From NCBI RefSeq assembly GCF_006345805.1, contig NC_042998.1, positions 127,844,001 to 127,908,000 on the forward strand: 64,000 nt of DNA, in the 5' to 3' direction. Made by a program: the position numbers and the translations under genes. How positions within the stretch are numbered: position 1 is the stretch's first letter; each line of letters starts with the position of its first letter. The notes below the pieces were generated by a model. It did not search any database. It was not told the origin of the DNA and was given only the letters and a program-made list of their open reading frames with translations. Positions 54,570-64,000 of the stretch are shown piece by piece. The DNA comes from Octopus sinensis. Lineage: Eukaryota.

Positions 54570-57137
54570 AATTTTTGCCGGCGGATGTATCACTTCTCGA
54601 TAAACAAAAAGGAATATAATGCTAAAGCTGACTGGATAGAGCGTGAGAAAGTGAGATTGGATGAAGGTGAAGAGCAGAAATGGGAGGGAAAAGGAATAGA
54701 AGAGCTAAGATGTGTTCTTAGGAAGTCTCACAAATGGAGAACCCCAGGATTGGACCAGATCCCTAACTTCTGGCTGAATTGTTTGACAGAAGTACACCAA
54801 AATTTTGCAACATCCCTAACTGATATCATCCAGAGTCCAGAGCAAATACCCGCTCGGTTGACCGAAAGAACAACATACCTTCTACGGAAAACTGAAGACA
54901 CGAAAAATCCAAAGAACTACCGACCAATAACATATCTTAACACCACGTACAAGATCCTCACATCCATACTAACTGAAAAAATATACACTTACCTGGAACA
55001 AAAATCTATCCTTCCACAAGTTCAAAATGGTTGTAAATGTAATTCTTATAGATGCAAAGATCAATTACTAAAAAATGAAAGTACTGTAGAAAATTGCCAG
55101 AACAAGTAGAGGCTGAGTATGGCATGGATAGACTACAGGAAAGCGTTTGATAGTGTCCCACATAATTGGCTACTCAAGGCCCTTGTGATATACAAAATCT
55201 CTCTCGTAGTCTCCAAATTCTTACAAGGTAGCATGACCAAGTGGAATACACGTCTCCTTCTACACCATAGTAATGGGATGAACCAATCTAGCATCATCGT
55301 CAAACGAGGCATATTTCAAGGTGATTTCTCTCCGCATTACTCTTTTGCATGGCACTGATCCCACTCAGAAAGGAACTGAGTAACACCAGGGGTGAGTTCA
55401 AAGTTTACAATAAGACAATAAACCATCTGTTTTATACGGACGATCTGCAACTGTTTGCTAGAAATTACGAAGAGCTAGTAGGGCTGCTAACAACTGTTAA
55501 AGACTTCAGCAATGACATTGGGATGGATTTTGGCCTTGATAAGTGTGCTAAAGCAACTTTTGTAAGAGGAATGCTCAAGCAAACAGCTTCCATTAAATTA
55601 AATATCATCAAGAAGCTTGACGCGCAAGTAAGCTATAAATACCAAGGGATAAACAAACGAGATGGTACACAACATGCAACTATGAAGGAACAAAATACGA
55701 AAGGAGTATTACAGAAGAATACGACTCATATTAAAAATTGAACTCAACTCCAAAAATATCATTGAAGCCATTAACACCCTAGCACGTCCAGTAGTTCAAT
55801 ACAGTTTTAACATCATTAACTGGAATCTTACAGGACTCCAACGCATGGACAGGAAGATAACAACTAAGGCCATGCACCAGCCAAAAGTAGACGTTGATCA
55901 TCTGTACCTACCTAGGAGTAATGGGAGAAGGGGAATGATACAAACAGAAGTGTGCTATAAGACGTCCACAATAGCAGTGAACAAGTACTTATCTAGTACA
56001 GAGAGCTGGCTGCTACGGCTTGTGTGCAAACACGAAAACAGCAAAAAAATACATTCTATTGTCAAGGAAGCTTGCAAATTCGCAAGTGAACTTGGCATTA
56101 AACCTGAAATATTTGAAGAACCTGAAGCCACTGCCACAAAACAAGCAAAATAGATCAAGCAGACTGCAAAAAAGAAGAGGCAGAAACAAATTGAGGAGCC
56201 TCTGCATCAACAGTATATACCTCGAAGCCGAAATGTTGATGTACACCAAACAACAACCCATCAGTGAGATGCTCAGAACTGAAAGCTGATACTGAAAGTT
56301 TCATATTGGCGGCACAAGATCAAAGCTTGCTTACCAAAATCTCCAGGGCTAACGTTCTTCAAAACGGTTCTGACCTTAAATGCAAATTCTGCGATAAATT
56401 TGATGAAATAATAGATCTTCTCATTTCTCAATGTCCCGTGCTAACACCAAACGTATGCGAAAATCACCACGATAGGGTAGGACAGTATTTACAATGGAAA
56501 ATCTATAAACACTACAAAATCAGCACCCCTGCTTACTGGTATGAACATCATCCTGAGCCAGTCGTTGAAGGTAAAAATGTCGTCATTCTCTGGGATTTTC
56601 CAGTCAACGCCGATAGTTCGAACCAGGCTAAAAGACAGAGAAGAAAATACTTGGAGACTAATAGATGTAAGTGTTTCTACTGATAAAAATATATCTGTAA
56701 CGAAATTTAGCATATAAAGTAAATATAAGGACCTGGAAATTGAAATACAAATGATGTGGCATCTTAAAGCGAGAACTGTTCCTATTATTGTGGGTACCCT
56801 ATGTACAATAAGAAAGGGATGTCAGAGCTGGTGAGCTGGCAGAAACGTTAGCATGCCGGGTGAAATGCTTACCGGTATTTCGTATGTCAGTACGTTCTGA
56901 GTTCAAATTCCACCGAGGTCGACTTTGCCATTTATCCTTTTGGGGTCCATTAAATAAGTACCAGTTACGCACTGGGGTCGATATAATCGACTTAATCCAT
57001 TTTTTGTCCTTGTTTGTCCCCTCTGTGGGTAGTAAAGAAATAAGAAACATTTAGATAATATCCCAGGAGAACCATGTGTCAGGGAAATCCAAAACATTGT
57101 GTAGATAATTACTACCCACATCCTTTAAAAAATCTAG
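54568..57137 (+). mobile_element. R4/Dong-like LINE with nearly complete RT, CCHC and RLE (pseudogenised), SINE inserted near 3' end
   Basis: WRTPGLDQIPNFWL, KNYRPITYLNTTYK, MAWIDYRKAFDSVPH, RGIFQGD, HLFYTDDLQLF, CKFCDKFDEIIDLLISQC, ILWDF; resumes KHLDNIPGEPCVREIQ after 57045. Confidence 0.95.
56826..57045 (+). mobile_element. SINE family A inserted in the LINE
   Basis: Full head and body; removing it restores GCQ|KHLDN. Confidence 0.9.
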
Positions 57138-57307
57138 TAATTTTAAATGTATGCATTGTATTACATGAAGATATTTCGCTACTGCCCCTGCCACTTGCCC
57201 ACTCCAGGCTTTCAGACATATTGTAACATCTCTTATCCCTCGCTCGCCCTAGGGCGTTGGATGTGTCTCGGCGAGTGATTGTAACAAACATGGAGATTTA
57301 AAGTAAA

Positions 57308-57396
<89 letters not shown>

Positions 57397-57429
57397 ACAG
57401 CGCAAACTGATAATCGCTACCACATATGA

Positions 57430-58255
57430 GTGACAATGAAAAAACATATTATTGTGAATTACGGTGGTAATGAAACTAAAGCCCTTGGTGGTTACAGTGT
57501 TGCACCCAACATGTTCAGAGATAATCGTCCGACTCCAGCCTGTCGTTATCCAGCATGGCGCCAGTACACAAAGCGTAGATGTACAAACAAATCAATGCTA
57601 TGGTCATGGAGTGTTACTACCTCATCAAACCTGTAAATGAAAATGGTGTTTATATTAGAGGATACCGACAGCATATGTATGATCAATGGAGAGAAATAGG
57701 ATTGTTTCAATTCACGGAACAGAGATTATGTGATCAAGCTAGAGCAATAAGAAAAAATCGTTGGTTCAGAGTAGAGCTCGAAGCTATCAAAAGACGGGTA
57801 TTGGAAAACAGCTGTAGAGGAAACGATGAAAATACAGTCCTTACTGATAAAAGTAATCTCATAGCAGAAAACAGAGTGAGATCTCTAATAAACCACAGGA
57901 AAGGAACAGTGATAGCTTGCTCGATGAAAGACATATAGATGGTCTGAAAGAAGACAATAGAACTAACGGTGACATGACAGATGGGCAAAAAACAATCTAC
58001 AACAAAATAAAGGCAAAACTACAGGAGAAAGATAGTGTCATTATTTGCAACCTTAAAAAGGTTGATCGGTGGAAATTGAACCAAGAAACGAAAAATGTGA
58101 ATGAAATTCTGAAATACACAACAACAAAAAACATCACAGAAACAAACATACAGAAAAGGCACCGTACGCATCCTACGTAAAACACTTTCAATAAGAGCAT
58201 CACAACAAACCACAGTACATAACCAAGGCACACAGAGCTGCGCTCGGTAGTTGAG
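57430..58255 (+). mobile_element. N-terminal part of an R4/Dong-like ORF between (TAG)n and (TAA)n
   Basis: [43 protein letters not shown], and LKKVDRWKLNQETKNVNEILKY..NITETN. Confidence 0.8.
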
Positions 58256-58307
58256 TGAAAGCATGGGATAAAATTAAGACTATTGAATGATAATGATAAT
58301 AATAATA

Positions 58308-58357
<50 letters not shown>

Positions 58358-58978
58358 GCCCTGATGCAGTACCAGACAATGGCTCTCATGGCGTAACCTG
58401 AGTTGTGTCTGTATGGAAAGATAGTTGCACATTTGCTACTCACTAAAAAGCGAAAGAAATTGGAATACGATTACTTAATGCTCTTTATATACTTTATGCG
58501 CAATTTTATAAACTTAATATACATCACTCATAAAATAATATTCACTCTTATTTTTCCATTTCCCCCATAAACAAAAGAAATATCTCGTACATATGATACC
58601 ACCTTTAGTTGAATTGCATATATCTGCTATGTCAATATCCACGAACCACCTCCACCTCCACCAACACCATCACCACCACCACTATCATCATCATCATTTT
58701 TCTCTCTCTCTCTCTCTCCCTCTCTCTGCCTTTCTTTAACGTCACCATCAGAACATCACCGCTCTGCTAAAATTATAATTCTAACTCTCTTTCTTTATAC
58801 CACTACCTTCAACTAACTTTTTCAGCCGCGTAATGAATATTATGTTCTCCCTATATCACGTCATGGACGCTTCTCTCGCTCTCTTTTTCCTTCTCCCTCT
58901 TTCTTCTCTCACTGTTCCTCTAATCACTTGAAAGCATTACCGACGGGCAAAGTAATGTAATGACAAACATAATTATTA

Positions 58979-59034
<56 letters not shown>

Positions 59035-59288
59035 GTTATTATTATTATTATTATTATATAATAAGCTATATGCCTTATGTATACTCTTCTGAGATCCATT
59101 TGATCCTTTTGCGTCTTTCTCTCGTGATGGCTGAGGTGATGAACTTAGAGGTCTCGAGATGGGTCAGTACCCGTTCAAGATGACATTTCGTCATCTCTCC
59201 TGGGGGACGCACTTCCAGATTAACCATAGGATAAGCGATATGGTGTACTGTTGCAGTGTTCCTTTTTGTTTTTCTGGTTTACTATCCT

Positions 59289-59571
59289 TGCAGGAAGTGC
59301 AAAAGATTGTCTTATCTGGTACGTCACACGTATTGAGAAGAGCATTGTCGCTGTGAATTTATTTCCTTTTTCCCCTTATTTTCTTTGTTTACTTTTATCA
59401 TTTTTTCTTTTTTCCTTCTTTCCTTTTTCTCTCTGTCTTTCTTCCCCTTTTTTCAATCATATGCCTTTGTAAATGAACAATGTGGCATGTGTATTTTAAT
59501 GGCCTATCAATGTTTATTGATAGTGAGATGCGGCATGCATTAAATGTAAACAAAATTGAAAGAAGATGATG

Positions 59572-59610
<39 letters not shown>

Positions 59611-59639
59611 TAATAATAATAATAATAATAATAATGATA

Positions 59640-59727
<88 letters not shown>

Positions 59728-60050
59728 CAGTGATTATAGGAGCACTACAAATGATCAAAAGAAGAACTGAAAAATTATTTGGTAATGGTCCCTGGCTTAC
59801 CCTCCCTTCCAGAAGTACCAAAGATAGTTTTAAAATGGTACGTTTCACGAATTGAGAACATTGCCAATGTGAGGACGATTAATATCTAAGTAAATTGTTT
59901 TTTCTACATACTTTATTTTGTAAATGAACAATCTGTTATGTTTATTTTAATGTTTATTTTATTTTAATGGTCTATCAATCTATATAGTGAGTTTCTTTGT
60001 CCTAGTTGTAGGGAAGATACTTGGTAAGAAAAGAACATTTTTAAAAAATG
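59289..60050 (+). mobile_element. two short 3' stubs of the 46607-type LINE separated by (TAA)n
   Basis: QEVQKIVLSGTSHVLRRALS (59289-59356) and IPVIIGAL.MIKRRTE (from 59723), each followed by 3' UTR-like ATGG(C/T)CTATCAAT sequence. Confidence 0.8.
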
Positions 60051-60143
60051 GAAGCAAACGTAATAGTAATAACAGAAACACCAAGAATAAGCAACTACAT
60101 TATTTACCTTTGACGGATATTTGGCCTCATCTTCTTTGTTGTT

Positions 60144-60189
60144 AACACTACGTTTCGGCTGATATACCCTCCAGTCTTCATCAGGTGTC
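60144..60189 (-). ncRNA. type I hammerhead ribozyme motif (GUA site)
   Basis: GACAC-CUGAUGA-A-GACUG(10 nt)CAGCC-GAA-ACGU-A-GUGUU. Confidence 0.7.
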
Positions 60190-60249
60190 TTGGGGAAATT
60201 TCGAACCTGGGTTCTCATTCCTAAGGTATTTTTCGATATTATCATTATT

Positions 60250-60325
60250 ATCCAGGTTACTACCTGGAATCGAAGTCGGAATCTTGGGGTTAGTAGCCCG
60301 CGTTCTTAACCATTACTCCATATGT
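60250..60325 (-). promoter_or_regulatory. tRNA-like Pol III internal promoter (A and B boxes)
   Basis: A box TGGAGTAATGG (60310-60320), anticodon-like loop CTACTAA, B-box-like ACTTCGATTCC (60266-60276), then hairpin CCAGG/CCTGG. Confidence 0.65.
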
Positions 60326-60441
60326 CCGTGGGAAATTATGGAGAGAATTTTAGGGCTTATAAATCTAATATTCTCCTATCCTTCCATAACAACATCGAAA
60401 AATACTCTAGGAATGAAAACCCAGGTTCGAAATTTCCCCAA

Positions 60442-60487
60442 GACACCTGATGAAGGCTGGCGGGTATATCAGCCGAAACGTTGTGTT
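60442..60487 (+). ncRNA. type I hammerhead ribozyme motif (GUU site)
   Basis: GACAC-CUGAUGA-A-GGCUG(10 nt)CAGCC-GAA-ACGU-U-GUGUU. Confidence 0.7.
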
Positions 60488-61608
60488 AACAACAAACAAG
60501 ATGAGGACAAATATCCGTCAATTGTAAATAATGTAAATAATGTACATAATTCTTCATCTCTAAAATATAAAACTGAACAAGAAACTAACAAACGTGCCTC
60601 CGAAGAATAAGTAATCGCATTGTAGCCCATTTTCCGACTGAGTCAACTGTTTTTGCAGTGAATTGAGATTTAAACTCAATACCCACAAAACTACTATGTA
60701 TCGAATCCAAAATGATTAAAGACATGTTTGCATTCAATGGGGTTTTAAGACATATTTGCCTTCAGTGGAAAATAGCGAATCGGAATGTATCGTGAAAATA
60801 TTCTATCCAACGCTCGAACGTCTCTGCTCACTCACCGCCTGAAATAACTGTTAACGATAAAAGAGAAACATCAATAAAAGATGAAACTCTGGCCCTCGTA
60901 GGATTAATGAAATAAATGCACGCATCAGCATATCATATAATATATGAAGTAGCTATATTAGCTATAAGGGAAAGCAGGCATTTCCACAAAAATCTCAATA
61001 CAGGAATACAAAACCCAATCAAGCAACGCATGAAAAAGATATACAAATTGAAATAGAAAATAAAACTCTCTCCATCCATAACGAAATCAGTAATAAACAA
61101 ATACAAATAGGAAAGAAAAGGAGAAGCAAATGCTAAAGAAATACTACTTGCAATAATAGAATACGTGAAATAAAAACGCCTGAAACAAGAGATACGCAAT
61201 GATTTGCGAAGTATGAATTGTTATGAAAAGTAACATCGGCTTTTTATCAAAACAAACAGTTAATCTTCAACCCAAAATGATTGCATTAAGAACCAAGTGA
61301 AAATAAAACCGAAAACCAATGCAATCAACAGCTTTAGAAAAAGATATTTAAGAAGGCATGTATATACAGCAAATAGATTGCTATGTTCAACACAGTAAAT
61401 GCAACACTTGAACAGTTTTGAGAGCTCATATCAATCAAGAAAGTAGCCTTCATGCTACAAAACATGAACAACTAGGAGGCACAAGAACTGATAATAGTTC
61501 AAACTACTGATTGAAATACATAATACGTATACATATGATTTGAAAGACAATGAGTAAACGAGGAACCTCCTGACTGCATTATCATCAGAAATATGGAAAA
61601 TATCCTAA

Positions 61609-62773
61609 TACAGTGTGGCACACGAAAAAGTAACACGGGTTTCGTAACAGTGTAAATACAGAAATAAGTGCACGTCAACGCAAAATTACCCAGCTATTTG
61701 TTTGCAAGTATTATTTTGTTATTTCAATCGTTTGTAACTATCGACAGCGCACTAGTCAACTATTTTCTACGTTATCCTCACTGCATTCTCGTCACATTAG
61801 TTGATTGTAAGATTGTATTGAGTAAATATCTGTAGCCTTTTGTACAGGATGACATACTCAGAAGCGGAAAGAGTGCAGATATGTGGGAACAGGTTTTGTC
61901 AAGCAAACGCATAAAATTTTTGAAGCTTCTGAATGAAGGCCTACCGGCAAAAAGGACAATGCGAATGTTGGTTAACAAGTGGTGCGCTACGAGGTTAGTG
62001 CACAACACCACCCACCCCACCAAGTCACTACCGTTCAAACGCCAGAAATTATTCAGGGCACCCGCCTAAGGATTACTCAAAATCCAAAGAAGTCGACACG
62101 TATAATGGCGAAGCAGTCTCACATAAGCAGGAAGCCATATCTTTCCACGTGTACAGCAATTAAAAATACACGACAAGAAAAAAACAAGTAAATCATTGCA
62201 CATAGCTTCTGAATAGCATTGCTAATGGCGAGTTATACCCCTTCCCGGTGCATAATTAGTGATGAAGCATGGTTTCATCTCTCTAGCCACGTAAGTTCAT
62301 GGTACTGGACTCTGAAGAATCCTCACTTTCTCTATGAGCAGCTATAATCAAAAAAATACTTGTTTGGTGTACTGTTTCAGCCCTACGCATCATTGGACCG
62401 ATATTTTTTCACAGTTCTGTCCTGATCATTTTGGAAGAATTTTGTGCTCAACTAACTGAAGATAAAATATATGTATACTTCTTCCAGTAAGAATTGCTAA
62501 ACTTCTCTGGTGTCCATGCAACGCATCCGTGGGGTCTTTCCTGAAGAACGCCCAGTTAGAAAAAACTTCGTCGCTGCCGCGTTCTCCTGATATTTCAACG
62601 TGCGATTATTATCTCTCAGGACACTTGAAGAACACGGAGTAGGAAAAAATCGATTCATAACATAGGAACTGAAGGACAACATCACGCATGCAATGGTCGC
62701 CATGTACCTAAAGATAGTTAGACGGGCACAGCTGTGTATCGGTTCCACAGAGAACCATTTTCAAAATATATGA
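61609..62773 (+). mobile_element. Tc1/mariner-superfamily (maT/rosa-like) transposase pseudogene with left end
   Basis: TA-CAGTGTGGCACACGAAAAAG left end; ATG 61849; ISDEAWFHLS, IIGPIFF, PRSPDISTCDYYL.GHLK; stop 62773; no right TIR seen. Confidence 0.85.
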
Positions 62774-63539
62774 TGGTGGGTCTTTCCAGCACTTGTAAAT
62801 TTATTCCTGTAAATACAGAAACAAAATTTATCTATACAGAAATAAATTTATCGATCTCGAAAGAATGAAAGGCGAATTTGACCTTTGCCTAAACTTAGAG
62901 TGTAAATATTCGGAACAAATACCGATACTCTAACAACTCCACCAACACATCCTGTATATTCGGTAAGAAATACACATAACTTGGACAACAGTAGAATGTC
63001 CGTATGGTACGGATCCCTTACCAAAGAACTGGCTAAAAGCGAACACCTCACGAGAGTAAAGAAGATTTAGTCAATTCAACTCCCTGCCGTCACCCAAACA
63101 TATCACCCACAACACATTAGTAGTGATTATCTTAATATCTGAATTAGTCACTACAAGAACTTAGTGAAACGAATGTAAGAATTCCGAAACTGGTTAGTCT
63201 TATTGGATATTTCAAAATCAATAACGATATAGACTAAATCTCTTATGCAATGAAGGTGACCTTTACCTTAAATCTGTTTTAACGTTATAAGAATCTTGGA
63301 TTGTAACTTTGAAGCACCATCTTTCACAGAAAAATCTTAGCAACTACCTCGCACAGTTTTATGAACACGAAACTATAAATATCTTTAAGATATTTCAGTA
63401 TCAGCTGACAAGAAATGTAAACTGTACAATGCCAAAAGCAAAGACATTAGCCACTGTCAGAGAATGTGCTCTTCATGAAATTTTCCAGTAAGATGTACGA
63501 GAACAATCTGGAATAGAATAAGAAATATAAATAATCAAA

Positions 63540-64000
63540 TAGGCGCAGGCGTGGTTGTGTGGTAAGAAGGCGGCGAGCTGGCAGAAACGCTAGCACACCG
63601 GGCGAAATGCTTAGCGGTATTTCGTCCGCTGCTACGTTCTGAGTTCAAATTCCGCCGAGGTCGATTTGCCTTTCATCCTTTCGGGGTCGATTGAATAAGT
63701 ACCAGTTACGCACTGGGGTCGATATAATCGACTTAATCCGTTTGTCTGTCGTTGTTTGTCCTCTCTGTGTTTAGCCCCTTGTGGGTAGTAAAGAAATAAG
63801 TATTTCGTCCGCCTTTACGTCCTGAGTTCAAATTCCGCCGAGGTCGACTTTGCCTTTCATCCTTTCGGGGTCGATAAATTAAGTATCAGTTACACACTGC
63901 GGTCGATGTGATCGACTTAATCTCTTTGTCTGTCCTTGTTTCTCCCCTCTCTATTTAGTCCCTTGTAGGCAATAAAGAAATAAGAAGCTTGCTTTCCAAC
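63540..64000 (+). mobile_element. CORE-like SINE B head interrupted by a SINE A dimer (63569-63980)
   Basis: TAAGAA duplicated at 63563-63568 and 63981-63986; the B head continues GCTTGCTTTCCAAC. Confidence 0.9.

Noticed and set aside
54186-54619. Poly-E/R/G and poly-L/F/S ORFs
   Set aside because: Translations of the (GAA)/(GGA) tract.
60198-60226. Second HHR-like motif in the inverted arms (GGAAUGA-GAACC-ca-GGUUC-GAAAUUUC)
   Set aside because: Lacks CUGA and stem III mismatches; at most an ancient duplicate of an HHR.
60250-60325. Functional tRNA gene
   Set aside because: Acceptor and anticodon stems do not pair fully; treated as a SINE-type head.

Overview
AT-rich, repeat-saturated eukaryotic DNA. 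The SINE families and very dense (AT)n/(AC)n/(TAA)n microsatellites suggest an octopus (cephalopod) genome; this is inferred from repeat families, not a database match. No host protein-coding gene, rRNA, canonical tRNA or CRISPR array is supported, and most listed ORFs are microsatellite or antisense artefacts. The window contains: about 11 decayed fragments of R4/Dong-like non-LTR retrotransposons (RT, CCHC finger, PD-(D/E)xK nuclease), all on + and mostly abutting triplet microsatellites; a CR1/L2-group LINE 3' end; an L1/Tx1-like ORF1 with no ORF2; three Tc1/mariner-superfamily relics; a probable Helentron-type non-autonomous element; many tRNA-derived SINEs; and several MITE-like hairpins. 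The main hidden layer is a set of hammerhead ribozyme (HHR) motifs of the kind carried by Penelope-like elements. Five have complete cores (7099-7141, 10328-10370, 49941-50001, 60144-60189, 60442-60487), one has a U3-A8 covariant core (51015-51068), and several are relics. The best candidate for a little-described system is 60092-60545: a tRNA-like Pol III promoter reading into an HHR, inside an inverted pair of HHR-bearing arms. All folds were worked out by hand; none were computed or tested.
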